DNA from: Antechinus flavipes
Taxonomy: Eukaryota
Assembly: GCF_016432865.1 (NCBI RefSeq)
Contig: NC_067401.1
Coordinates: 132,618,001 to 132,682,000 of the forward strand
Length of the DNA stretch: 64,000 nt
Direction of reading: 5' to 3'
The translations under genes were made by a program, and so were the position numbers. The notes beneath the pieces are model-generated. The model had not been told where the DNA came from. It worked only from the letters and a program-made list of their open reading frames with translations, and did no database searches. Of the stretch, positions 10,771-23,659 are shown in pieces (the first letter of the stretch is position 1; every line of letters starts with the position of its first letter).

Positions 10771-12127
10771 AAACCAATTTACAAATTTTATGGCTGAGAT
10801 ATGATTTTGAAATTGACTAAGTACTCACAAACTCTTGGATTCCAAAGAAATTTCAAGTCTATCAATTTTCTAACCTGAAACCTTCATCTGACTTCCTGTT
10901 ACTGGAAATGTTTTAAAAACCCAAACTTGGAATCCATTGATATGCCGAGACACTTGGGAATCCCCAGACAAAAAGAGAAATAAAATATCTTAACAACCCA
11001 TTAGAATATCTCCTCTTCTTTGATTCAAAAATAAATTTTAAGTTTTCCTTGCACAGCTATTCTTGGTTTCATGATTTCTTAAATCATACTTGTCAGTAAA
11101 GGATTAAAAAAAAAACAACTTCTAATAAATATGGCATGGCAAAATGTTTTTTCTAATTATTATTGAGAAGATACTCATTTAAATTTTTATTTCATTTAAA
11201 GTTGAAATTTGTTTGCTTGAATATGCTTGTTTCAAAGATCTTGTTTTTCTCTTTCTCCTCCAAGGGGAGAAAAAAGTGCTTGTTAATTAAAAAAAAAATT
11301 TTGAAAGCAGAGGGAAAGCAACTAGAAGATAGGAAGAGATTAAATACGAATAAAAGCTTGCGGATCATAGAGGGGATCATCTGCTGGAGAAATGAGATTT
11401 AATAGGATGTGGAGAGTTTTGCCTTAACAAAGAAAAGAGTTACCACTCCATATGAGAAAGAAGTAAGGGAAGACATAGTTACAGAAAGGATGTAGGTGGT
11501 ATAAGAAGAGGAGGAGAAAAAGAGAGAGCTCTTGGCAAATAGCCTCAGTGTTTTTTAGTAAAACATAAGACAAAGTTTTCATTTGAGGCAGTGAGAGAGG
11601 GGGAGTTTTAAGGACGTTCAAAAAGATTTGGAAGATCCAGATGTGGTGAGTAGAATAATATCCATCCCTATCTCTATCAAGAATCCCACCATTTTTTAAA
11701 CTTTATTTTTTTTACTTTTTGAACTTTAACTTCAATAAGCAAGAAAAATTCTCTATAAAAAGAACAAAAAGCAATGATTTTATGTGAAATTGTAAACTTC
11801 CATATTATATACGTTGAATTTTTAACATGTACATTAAATTGAACCATTAACATGATACTGCCTGTATTCCCTGTTTGTATCTACTTCTGAACTTTTTGTG
11901 CTCCTGTGTATATTTTTAGTATTTCTTTTTCTTCCTTTTTTCTTTTGAAATCCTCCCTTGTACTAAGTTATAGTCAGTAAAACATATTCACACAATGTAT
12001 TTGAAAAGGTAAATTTTATTCAGTACCTTTAATCTACAACCTCTCTCCAAAGAGATTTGGCGAGGTAAGGAAAGGGGAAATCACCATTCCTTAAGTTACT
12101 TGAACTTCAAAGCCTAAGAATCATTCT

Positions 12128-12274
12128 TTTTTTTTTTTCCTGTGCAATTGGGGTTAAGTGACTTGCCCAGGTTCACACAACTAGGAAGTGTTAAGTATCT
12201 GAGATCATATTTGAACTCATGTCCTCCTGACTTTGGGGCTGGTGCTGTATCCACTGCACCATCTGATTTCCCCC
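12128..12274 (-). mobile_element. WSINE1-type SINE with 12-bp TSD
   Basis: Poly-T followed by the reverse complement of a tRNA-derived CORE SINE; TSD AAGAATCATTCT (12116-12127) / AAGAAGCATTCT (12275-12286). Confidence 0.85.
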
Positions 12275-12497
12275 AAGAAGCATTCTCAATCATTATCCTA
12301 CCACCATCACCTTGTCTGATTCAGTCAGTTGCCAAATCTTGATAGTTCCATTTCTTTAGCATCTTTTATATTTGGAGTCTTCTCTAGTCACAATAGAATC
12401 ATGTAGCCCAGGCTCTTATCATCTCTTACCTAGACTATTGGAGGAGCCTCCTAAGTGGTCTCCTTGAATCTAGATTCTTTCCTTAAGAACAAGTATG

Positions 12498-13788
12498 TGC
12501 TAAGTGAAATGAGCAGAACCAGGAGATCATTATATACCTCAACAATGATACTGTTTGAGGATGTATTCTGANNNNNNNNNNNNNNNNNNNNNNNNNNNNN
12601 NNNNNNNNNNNNNNNNNNNNNNNNNNNNNNNNNNNNNNNNNNNNNNNNNNNNNNNNNNNNNNNNNNNNNNNNNNNNNNNNNNNNNNNNNNNNNNNNNNNN
12701 NNNNNNNNNNNNNNNNNNNNNNNNNNNNNNNNNNNNNNNNNNNGATCTCTTCGATAAAGAGAGCTAATTCAGTTTCAATTGATCAAGGATGGACAGAAGC
12801 AGCTACACCCAAAGAAAGAACACGGGGAAATGAATATAAACTGCTTGCATTTTTGTTTTTCTTCCCAGGTTATTTATACCTTCTGAATCCAGTTCTCCCT
12901 GTGCAACAAGAGAATTGTTCGGTTCTGCATACATATATTGTATCTAGGATATACTGTAACCTATTTAACATGTAAAGAACTGCTTGCCATCTGGGGGAGG
13001 GGGTAGAGAGAGGGAGGGGAAAAATCAGAACAGAAGTGAGTGCAAGGGATAATGCTGTAAAAAATTACCCTGGCATGGGTTCTGTCAATAAAAAGTTAAA
13101 AAAACAAACAAACAAACAAACAAACAAAAAAGGCTTAGCCCAGCTTGTCAACCTATTAAGTTCCTGGATTTTAATTGCCAAAACTGACTTGATGTTAAAA
13201 AGCAATGATCAAAAAATGAGTGAATAGAGTGAATAGAGTTCTGGATCTGGAGTCAGTAAGACCCAAGTTCAAATCCAACCTCAGATACTTGTTAGTTGTG
13301 TGACTCTAGCTGAGAAAACCCAATTTCTTCATCTCTGAGGATAATATAACATCTGCCTCCCAGGGTTGTTGTGAGGATCAGATTAGGTACTTGAAATTGC
13401 TTAGCACAGTGCCTGCATATATATATATGTTCACTATTATTGTAAGTGTCATGGAAACTCAAGGAAGAGAGAGTATCCTGGTCAGCAATATCAACATTGA
13501 GATTTGGTCATGATCAGGACTGATAAAAGACTTTCAGTTTAGCGATTTATAAGATTATAATTTTGTAGAGAGACTCTTAAGCCCCTCTTTTAATATGGTT
13601 GCATCTTCTAGTGCATGAGTTTGTTCAGCTGAGCTGTCATTTCTTCTGCTTCTCAGTTGTTATAAGGATAACGCTCATTGCTTCTTCATACTGATTGAAA
13701 TACACAAGTTCTTTTCATGTATTGAGCATACATCTAGTAATAAAATGCAATTGACTCCAGAAGATTTTGGCAACTGAAAAAAAAAAAA
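12498..13788 (+). mobile_element. 5'-truncated L1 with 3' transduction, bounded by 13-bp TSD AAGAACAAGTATG
   Basis: L1 3' end 12498-13131 (contains the N gap), non-L1 segment 13132-13776, AATAAA 13739, poly-A 13777-13788; TSD at 12485-12497 and 13789-13801. Confidence 0.85.
12572..12743. other. Assembly gap (172 N) inside L1
   Basis: N run. Confidence 1.
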
Positions 13789-13964
13789 AAGAACAAGTAT
13801 GAAAATGTAAATGTATATGTTGCTCAAGTAAGAAAATGGAACTCCTCTGGATCAAAAAACTTCAGAAAAAACCTCTTACTTGGAGGTTAAAATAGAAATT
13901 CTTCTATTTGTCATTAAATCCCCTCTTAATCTTCAGTCTCTTTTTCCAGACTGATTACAATAAT

Positions 13965-14149
13965 CAGGGGTCCTCAAACTACGGCCCGTGAGCAGATTTT
14001 GCAGCTGAGGATGTTTATCCCCTTCACCCAGGGCTGTGAAGTTTCTTTATTTAAAGGCCCACAAAACAAAGTTTTTGTTTTTACTATAGTCCGGCCCTCC
14101 AATAGTCTGAAGGACAGTGAACTGGCCCCCTATTTAAAAAGTTTGAGGA
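13965..14149. mobile_element. Non-autonomous hAT (OposCharlie1/OC1-like) MITE
   Basis: Left TIR CAGGGGTCCTCAAACT; right end ...AAAAAGTTTGAGGA retains 10 nt of the TIR; internal TACGGCCC and GTGAACTGGCCCCCT motifs. Family name from memory. Confidence 0.75.
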
Positions 14150-16401
14150 TCTTCCTTTTTTTTACATCATCCTGTCAAAATGACATACTTACTATTATTC
14201 ATGTTATGATATTCCACCTCTGGCTCCATATGCCTCCAAAGATTTCCTCTAATGCTTGCAGTGCTCTATTTTCTTATCTTAGCCCCCTTCAAGATTCATC
14301 TAAATTACCACATCCTTCATGAGGTCTTTCTGGATTCCTCTAGTTGTGAGTGGCCCTTTCTCCATCACTTTGAGTGTGCATACACACACATATATTTGAT
14401 TTCATAAGCTTATCAGTAAAATATTTTTTAGCATGCACTCCCAGTATGTGTACTTTTACTTGTTCATAAATTAAATATTTGTATTTCTGTACTAATAATT
14501 ATGCACATTATTAAACTTGCACAAAATAGAAATTTTAAAAAGATGAGATAAAGATGATACCGATTTGATCCTAGAGTTAACTGGAGTCAATAGAGTTTAT
14601 TGAATTGAAGAGTGTCATAGTCAAGTCAGCACTGAAATAAAATTATTTTGACAATTGTTTGGAGGATGTATTAGAGTGAAGGAAGACAAAGTAGGAGAGC
14701 ATTGTGATTGTCCAGAGAAGAGGTGATAGGGACCTCAATGAATTGTGGAGAATAAATGTGGGAGGGGAGAAAAAGAGGTATTATGGGAAAGATTAGAAGT
14801 AAAAACAACAAAATCTGATAACTGATTGGCTACTTGGAGTGAAAGAGAGTGAGGGAAAATGAAAAGAAGGTTATACCCAAAATGATACTAAAAACGATAA
14901 TCTGGATCATTGAAAAGATTGTAGTAATTAAAAGTCTGCAAAAAGTGTGGGTTTGGGGGAAAAAGGCATTGGAATGAGATCCAAGATCTGTTGCAGCTTG
15001 CTGCTTTCTATCCCAAATTGAAGAAAGAAGGAAAAGGGTCTCTTCTCTGTCTGTCAGTACACAGAAGCAAAGAATTAGCCTTCTGTGTAAATGCTCACAG
15101 CATCCAGTCATAAAATGATCTGGAGGAATAAAGGAGAGGTCTGGTGGAAGGAGGTAGGAGAGAGATTTACCTAATGGCACCTGTGCAGCTACTACTAAAT
15201 ATAAATTCCTGGATAGGAGTTTGATTATCATTGCTCTAAGAAGCTAAAGCCCAGCCTGGAAGGGGAAAGCTTGGTAGCTTTTACAGAAAAGAGAAGTGAA
15301 AAGTAGGGGAATCTTGAGAGAGAAGCATAAGTGTGATTGTATTTATGGGTTCTAAATTTGGCTGTGGCAGAGAGGATAAAATGCAGACTATATTCCCATC
15401 CTGTTTAGCTCGTGACATATTCCTTAGAATCTTGTCACAGACCCAATTTGGTCAGGCAATGTTCTAGCATGAGATCTGAGCCCCTACTTTAAAGACTGCA
15501 GTTGTTAATCAATCTGACATCCAGACATCAGCTTCCTATGACACTTATACATGCCAGGAATTAAATAAATAAAAGGCTAAATTACTGCCTTAATTTAACC
15601 CAAGAAAAAGGAAAATCTCTACGCATTGTACCTTTTTGATCCAATTAAATGAATGATTTGAAAAAATGGACTTAATATCAAGAGTAAGAATCCATCATTA
15701 AAAAACAAAGCCATTTTTCTCTGATTAATCACATCCTAGAATCCATCTTTCCAAAACAAAGCTGATCACATATGTGTAGTAGTCAAAATTTGACTTCACT
15801 CAGATTAAATTTTTCTCCATATCCCTGCTTTTGGAAGCACTGAACTTTAGGATGTTTAAAAAAAATATGAGGGGACCACAGAGATCACCCAAGCCTTCTG
15901 CTACTCATGAATTATTCCCTTTTGGCATTAGAAATATAAGTTCATTAAGGACTGAGATTATTTCATTTTTCTCTAAGCAACTTGCATGTTACTTTGCACA
16001 TACTGAGAACTTAATAAATCTTTGTTGTTCTTATTGAATTGGCTGATAATTTCCTTGAAGTTGTGAAGTCTAGTCACCCCCAAGGATTTTGGTGTAAGAT
16101 ACATAATTATGTTCCACTAGTTCTTAATTTTTCATCTCTCCAGGTGTATGCCTACCTAGCTCTTCTGGGTAAAGGCTCTTAAAGCAAAAGATTAACAAGT
16201 CCCACACCAGATCATTTAAGCGTTTATTGAAGCTTTTATAAAATTAACTTTTCTTCTGCTGGCTTCCAAAATAGTTAATTTGTCAAAACAGGGTCCCTGG
16301 CACCCAGCCAAAACTCCAAGTTTCAGATCTTCTTTGATAAAAAAAAGTCCCCCACCTATGACTCCCTATACTAATAGCATTATAGATATGGTGTGTGAGC
16401 A

Positions 16402-16439
<38 letters not shown>

Positions 16440-17116
16440 TAAACAATGATGTTCAATAAGCTCTCTGCTCGCCATAAAAAAGAAGAAAAAAGCAGACATA
16501 GAGAATACTTGTCATACTCATATGTTTCTCTTGGAATTATAGTTTTCAAAGAGGAAGGGAGTAGAATCATCAGTGTGTAGAGTGCCCTTTTGAAATCTCC
16601 CTTCATAGATGCAGATCTTCAGTTCCTGTTAGTTTTTGTCTACTTTCTGTAGAGTTTCCTAAGGGAAATGAGAGGCTAAGTAATGATAATAATAAAAATA
16701 ATAATTAATAGTATCACTTATATAATGCTTCAAGGTTCATGAAACACTTTACTACATTGTCTCATTAATCCTTACAACAACCTTGGGAAGTGGATGCAAT
16801 TATTATCTTCATTTTAGAGATGAGGAAACTGAGGCAAACAGGTTGTTATTTGCCTAAGGTCACACAGCTAGTAAGAGTCTGAGATCAGATTTTAATTTGG
16901 TTCTTGCTGATTCCAGGTCCAGTGCTCTATCTACTGTACCACCTACTATAATGTACTATAATAAATAATATAATATACCTATAATATGGAATAATATAAT
17001 ATATATTACCATAGTTTGATATGGCATATTATAAAATGTAGTGTCATATAATGTCATATAACCATCATTTCTATATCACCTTAAAGTTTGTGAAGCATTT
17101 AAAAAATACCATTATT

Positions 17117-17256
17117 GGGGCAGTGGATAGAGCCCCAGTCCTGAATTCAGGAGGACCTGAGTTCAAATATGACCTCAGACACTTAACACTTCCTAGCTGT
17201 GTGACCCTGGGCAAGTCACTTAACCCCAATTGCCTCAGCAAAAAAGCTAAAAAAAA
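17117..17256 (+). mobile_element. WSINE1-type SINE
   Basis: GGGGCAGTGGATAGAGC...GAGTTCAAAT...CTAGCTGTGTGACCCTGGGCAAGTCACTTAACCCCAATTGCCTCAGC plus A tail; short deletion in the A-box region. Confidence 0.85.
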
Positions 17257-17874
17257 TCCCTTTGTTATGTTGTTGCTCAGTCATTCAGTCATGTTACACT
17301 CTTAGTGACTCTGTGGACCATTGCTTGCCAACATTTTCCATGAGGTTTTCCTGGTAAAGATTCTGGAGTATTTTGCCATTTCCTTCTCCAGTAAATATCT
17401 CATTAGATCCTTAGGGAAGATGCTTATTATCCCTATTTAACAGATGAGGAAAGAGACTGTGTATTGGTCATACTTACATAGATATTATGTGTCTGTCAGG
17501 GCTTTAACCCAAGTTTTCCTGATTCTAAGGTGGCCCTGCTTTCTACTACACCATCCTGTAAAAGCCTCTTCCTGGGCTTCTAAGTTTCACAACAAGTGAC
17601 ATTACCACCTGACCATCCACTCCCGGGACTTTTTCTCATAATCCTCATTGCCTAAAATAAGATGTTCCCTTAGAGAAGAGGACACTGGTTGTACTGGTGC
17701 ATTCAGGTATATCTATCAAACATAGTGGATATAATCATAGTAAATTTAAAAGGGATAATGTTGGATAATAATACCTACTTTTGAAAGTAAAATTGTACCC
17801 TACCCCTACTCCATGAGCAAAGCTAGATCCTGCTTTTTCTGGGACTGAGCATCTAGTGAACAATAATAGGCACT

Positions 17875-17920
17875 GATGATGATGATGATGATGATGAAGA
17901 TGATGATGAAGAGGAGGATG
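17875..17920. repeat. (GAT)n/(GAA/GAG) triplet repeat about 160-200 bp upstream of the KRTAP1-B TATA
   Basis: Direct inspection. Confidence 0.9.
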
Positions 17921-17995
17921 TTGTTGCTGAATCCTAATTATAAAACAAATGCAATCAATTTGCAAAGCTTTCAGAACAGTTTTATTAATAGTTCA

Positions 17996-18083
17996 ATCAG
18001 TGTCTTAAAAGGAAATTGTTTAAGTCCAAAATAAGGAAGAGCTATTAAACACTATAAACAACAGCTGAGAAAGGCATATAAAA
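17996..18083 (+). promoter_or_regulatory. KRTAP1-B core promoter module
   Basis: ATCAG 17996, GGAA 18035, ATAAACA 18054, AGCT 18063, TATAAAA 18077. Confidence 0.7.
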
Positions 18084-18148
18084 GGTACAACAAACAAGAG
18101 GACACTTGAATTTGAAAAATTTCACTTTGCCAGAAACCTCCAGACACA

Positions 18149-18595
18149 ATGGCCTGCTGCAACTCCTGCTGCAACTCCTGCTCCACCAGCTTCTGTGGTT
18201 TCCCCAGTTGTTCTACTGGGGGAAATTGTGGGTCTAGCTGTTGCCAAGATAGCTGTGGGACGGGCTGCTGCCAACAGGGAGGTTGTGGAACCAGCTGTGG
18301 GATCAGCTCCGGGACTGGCTCTGGGGCTGGCTGTGCACCTCCTTGTGAGACCACTTGCACAACCAGGTGTTACCAACCCCCATGCTGCGGATGTGAGAGC
18401 TGCCGCACCAGGTGGTGCCGCCCAGACTGCAGAGTTGAGGGTACTTGCCTGCCACCTTGCTGCGTGGTCAGCTGCACTCCTCCATCTTGCTGCCAGCTGC
18501 ATCATGCCCAGGCTTCTTGCTGCCGCCCATCCTACTGTGGACAGTCTTGCTGCCGTCCAGCCTGCTGCTGCTATTGCTGTGAGCCCACCTGCTGA
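18149..18595 (+). CDS. KRTAP1: Keratin-associated protein, KRTAP1 family, copy B (148 aa)
   Basis: Intact ORF with the same KAP1 signatures; TATAAAA at 18077; nearest clear AATAAA about 19131. Confidence 0.95.
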   Translation: MACCNSCCNSCSTSFCGFPSCSTGGNCGSSCCQDSCGTGCCQQGGCGTSCGISSGTGSGAGCAPPCETTCTTRCYQPPCCGCESCRTRWCRPDCRVEGTCLPPCCVVSCTPPSCCQLHHAQASCCRPSYCGQSCCRPACCCYCCEPTC

Positions 18596-19559
18596 GAACC
18601 TGCCTGTTAAAAATCAGGACATCAACCCCCAGTTTATAAAGGACACCATGTTTTTGAATAATAGCATGGGACAATACTACAACTTTTGACTCCTTATCCC
18701 AGGGCTCCCAAGAATATATCTTTGTTCAATCTTATTCCAACACAGTTTCTATTCCCCAGATGAAAAAATGGATATGGTCCAGGACACAGAAAAAGAAGGT
18801 CTCTCTGTGATAAAAGAGTATGAAGATTGCTACTGGAACCTGCCTCAGTCTCTAAGTGCCTGTATGACTGATTTCTTTTCTCTGAACCTCAGTTTCCTGA
18901 TCTATAAGTGAAGTGGTATTGTCTCAGAGTTCCTGTCCACCTCTCGCTCCAGTTACATGAGCCTACAATCTTTTAGGAAAAACTCTTTACTACTCACCAA
19001 GGTCCCCTTGCTGAGTATCTCACAGCCAATTTCCTTTTTTCAGAGAAAATCTCTTTTCCATCTGACTGTTCTTTCTCTAGATTATCAAATCTCACTTTAC
19101 CTTGAAAAGAAGAGAAGATAATTCAACCAAAATAAATTATATAATTTCTGCTAGTTTTTTTTTTACCCTTTTTCCTTATTATTCAGTGAACATTAGAAAC
19201 AGATTTCATGAAAATCCAAATTCAATCTAACACATATTTCTTAGGCATTTGTTGCATACACACAAGCTATGGGTGACTAACGCAAGGCTTCCTGGCTCCA
19301 AGGTCAGTTCTTTATCCACTGTCAGAATTAGTTCTTTAACTATGACCTATTCTAAAGTCTCTGAATGAACACCATGATAGAATATCAGTAAATTAATAAT
19401 ATAAAACAGCTATTCTATATAGCTAACATAAGCTAAGGTTACTGAGATAAAATAAGACTAATCCCTGACCTCATGAAGCTTATAGGCAAATGGAGATAAA
19501 ATAGGTACACAGGTAATTTACAGAATAAAATGAAAAGAGAGATGTAGTTGCTTAGTTAT

Positions 19560-19790
19560 TTTTCAACATTTCATGACCCCATATGCAATTTTCATGGCAA
19601 AGATACTGGAGTGGTTTGCCATTTCCTTGTCCAGATCATTTTACAGATGAGGAAACTGAGGCAAGCAGAATTGAATGACTTTCCCAGAATCAAATGGCTA
19701 GTGTCTGAGCATAGATCTAAATTCAAGTAAATTTGTCTTGCTGACTCCATGCCAGTCACTCTATTTACTATGCCATCTAGCTGCCCTACT
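19560..19790 (-). mobile_element. Mar1/MIR CORE-SINE
   Basis: Same pattern, including CATTTTACAGATGAGGAAACTGAGG; boundaries approximate. Confidence 0.7.
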
Positions 19791-22649
19791 AACAATAAAG
19801 ACCTGAACACAATCATTTAATAGCTATTGGCCTCAGTTTCCTCATCTGTAAATTGGGGTAAGAATGCTGGTAGCATTTATCTCACAGTAGTATTGTTAGT
19901 ATTAAATGAGATCATTTAAAAAAACTTTCCAAACCTTAAGCTACTAGAGAAATGTTATCTATTTTTATTTTACTAGGGTTTTTCCACCAAAATAAAAACC
20001 ACTCCCCATACATTCTCTTTAAAGAGATAAAAGAATAGGAACTAGACTTGTGATTTCATGGGTAGAGAGAACTTGTAGAAGAAGAAACAGTTTCTATCAA
20101 TAGCAGATCAGATATGGAAACTTCTATCAAAAGTAATCAGCGTTTTCTCTTCAATTTAAAGTATTGAAGAGCTGTCTACAGAATTAAAAGGTCAAATGAC
20201 TTACTTAGCATCACACAGCCTCGTGCAGGTCCTGAACCCAAGTCTTGTAATTTCAAAAGTCAATTCTCTATCTGATATGCTACAATTTCCTCTCAAAGAA
20301 AAGCAAACATAAACAAATTCTCTAGTGAAATCCCTTGTTAGAATATCAAAAAGAACATGCTAAAAAGGGAATCCAGAACAATCTCCAGTCATCTTGATCT
20401 ATATCTTGCTTGGACACAGATGGCTCTGCAAGAAAAAATGATTCAGGTGATCTTGCTCAGCCCCCTTCCCCATTTAAATCCAATTCACTTGCAAGTCATA
20501 ATATCGCTTCTCTGATGCCATGGTTCTCTTCTAGGACAAAGGACAAACAACAACAAAAAGTAAGAAATAGAAAGTCTCCATATACAACAAAATATTTATA
20601 GCAGCATTTTTTTTTTTTTTTTTGCAGTTTAAAGAATTAGAAATAAAGTAAATGTGCATTGATAAAGAATAGTCAAAATAAATTGTAGTACATAAATCTA
20701 ATGAAATATTCCTGGGCCATAAGAAACAATGAATACAAGTTATTTAGAGAAGCACAGAAAGTTATGTATTGATACAAATTGAAGTAAATAGAACCAGGAA
20801 GACAATATACAACATGCTCCTAAAGTTTAAAACTGCACTAAGACTTTTGAGACATCCTGAATGTAATGACTTCAACAATACAAATGAAAACAACAAATGG
20901 CAACAATAATATAAAACTAAATGCCAAAAGAGGAAACAGCACTTGGGTTTGACTCCTACCTTTACTTACTACTTGTATTTAGTTTCCTTTCTTAGCTCCA
21001 AGATGTAGAAATTTCTGAAGCTCTATTAATTTTTAATTAAGTATCATGTTGTGATGAAATAAACAGAAAAGAAAGAAATTATATCTCTATCCCTTTCTTG
21101 CAGAGGTGAGAGATTAGGGATGACTTGGTTGATAATAGAAATTTATTTTATTTTACCAATCTGCTCTTTTCTCTCTCTTTCTGTGTTTCTGTCTTTCTCT
21201 GTCTCTGTCTCTCTCCATCTTTCCATGTGTCTCTGTTTCTCTGTCTCTGTCTCTCTTCTCTCTGCCTCTATCTCTATTTCTCTCTTTTGCTCTCCTTCTC
21301 GCTCTCCTTTTCTCCCTCCTTCTCTCTCTCAATGATTCTTTGGGGAGCAGGAAGTGATATATTTAAAAATAGAAATTATATTTTTAAAAAAATCAATAAA
21401 TTAAAAAAGTACTATTACTTTGTATATTGTGAGCATTTAACAATCCTTTTTGAACTGAGAAATGTTTCTTTAATACCTTATAATCTCAGCATTTAGAAGT
21501 CAAGTCAATAAAACACAAGCTTGGGCAGGTTTGATTAAATATAAAGAGTCTGAATATGATATAGGCTAAAGGTTGTATTTGTTATTTTAAATCCAGCCAA
21601 GTACAACCAGGCTCAGCAGCAACAAGCTATCTATTGGATGATAGGTTATTTTAAATTAGAATTTATTGATCTCATTGCATTTTATATTGCCTAGATTTCT
21701 CCTTTTATCCATCCCTCTATATTCTTGGAGAATTTTTTTTAAAAAAGCCAAAACAATGAGAGAAAAAGGAAAAAATAGCAAAAATCAAACAATGTATGGG
21801 TGATGAATTATTTTTGCATGATATCAACATTCTGGACCAATAGGCAAGATCATTGAACTAAACCATTTCTAATAATCCTCAGAGTAAATCTGAAATCAAT
21901 TTCCTAATGTCAGTACGTACATAGATCTGTTAAAGGATTGGTCTGTGCTTTTTTTCTTACTTTTCTCGGGGAGAAAAAAAAGGAAATATCAGCTTTTACA
22001 AAAAAAAAAAAATTGATTGATAGGGGGAAACAGAATTTCATACTCAATGTTTCTCTTAAGAAGGAGAGCAAGAATAGTATGAGAGAGTCTATTAATTACA
22101 AAAAAACTCATGGAGAAGTTAGTACCAACAGCATGTTCATTTCTCTAAAAAAAAAAAAATGACATTGCCTTTAAAAAATGAATGAATTAATTTTTAACAT
22201 TCATTTTCAGAAAAATTTAAACTCTAAATTTTTCCTTTCCTCCTGACCCTTTTTTATCCATTGTGATAACAAGAAATATTGTATTAATTATATATGTAAA
22301 ATCATGTAAAATATTTCCATGCTAACCATATAGGAAAAACAACCCTCAAAAACAATAAAGTAAAAAAAAAAATTTTTTTTTCAATCTGCATTCAGATTCC
22401 ATCAGTTCTTTCTCTGGAGATTTATAACATTTTTCATCTTGGAATCCAGAATTATCTTGGATTTGGAATTATCTTAGATCATTGCATTGGTGAAAATAGC
22501 TAATTCATTCACAGTTAATCATCATGCAATATTGTTACCGTGTACAACATTCTCCTGGTTCTGTTCACTTCACTTTGCATCAGTTCATATAAGTCTTTCC
22601 AGATATTTTGCTCATATAGTTCCTGATTTTCCCTTGGCAGATAGATTCC

Positions 22650-22935
22650 TAAATATTTTATACGATCGGTAATTGCTTTAAATGGAATTTCTCTTTGTAA
22701 CTCTAACTGTTGGATTTTGTTAGTGATATATAAGAATGCTGATGACTTGTGTGGGTTTATTTGGTATTTTCAACTTTGCTAAAGGTGTGGATTATTTCTA
22801 ATAGCTTTTTAGTAGACTGTCTGGGGTTTTTTAAGTATACCATCAAATCATCAGCAAAGAGTGATAATTTGGTGTCCTCATTACCTACTCTAATTCCTTT
22901 AATCTCTTTCTCAACTCTTATTGCCAAAGCTAGCA
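22650..22935 (-). mobile_element. L1 ORF2 (RT region) fragment
   Basis: TATATAAGAATGCTGATGA...ATCATCAGCAAAGAGTGATAATTTGG is the reverse complement of the L1 RT FADD region. Confidence 0.8.
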
Positions 22936-23659
22936 AAAAATAATAATAAATTGGAAGAACAAAAGTTCAGGAACTTCAAAGAAATCAGGGGAAAAGAAGT
23001 AAAAGAAGTAGATTTGACAGTATCAGGCCTTAAATTATATTATAAAGGAGAGCATTGCTGAAGTATATGAAAAGGATAATAATGATTATTTTAAATTTTA
23101 AAAAATTTCATATAAAGAATATGTAGCAAGAATAGAGGGAATGCAGAAAATGGGGAAAGGAGAACTTTCATAGACCATCTATTAGATAGGATATAAGTGG
23201 GTTGGAATATAGCAGTGGCATAAAAATTGATGAACTAGTTGATTTATATTAACATGGAAAGATTTGGACCTATTACAGAAGATCCTGTCCACCTTCTGAG
23301 AAACAGATGACAGGTATAAATAAAAATAGCATGATCTTACATATATGTGTATGAACATATATGTGTGCATATGTGTGTATGTTTATAATTATCTATGTAT
23401 ATACATGAGCCATGCTTAATTATGGCCCTTTTTAGGATGGAAAGGGAAAAAATAAAGTAAAAAATGCACAGCAAATAATAAAAGAAAACCAAACAATATG
23501 TCATATTTATTATATAGGTTTGCTTGAAATGGAAATTTATTGCTATACATAGAATTCTCTTATGGTCTGCTTCACACATGGCAATGCTTTTTTTTTTTTT
23601 TTCCTTTTCTTTTCTCATTTTGTATCTAAGTTCAAAATAAAAGAAATTTATTTTTTTAA

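Noticed and set aside
10256-10804. Long alternative-frame + strand ORFs overlapping KAP genes (also 18195-18689, 37419-37895, 2483-2789, 56642-56920)
   Set aside because: Frame-shifted readings of the same repetitive CDS (Ala/Val/Leu-rich); mostly non-ATG starts; the KAP frame explains the sequence.
12572-12743. Hidden sequence in the 172-N gap
   Set aside because: The flanks (GAGGATGTATTCTGA / GATCTCTTCGATAAAGAG) are colinear with the L1 copy at about 4160-4200, implying only about 8 nt are missing. ORFs spanning this and the other gaps are artefacts.
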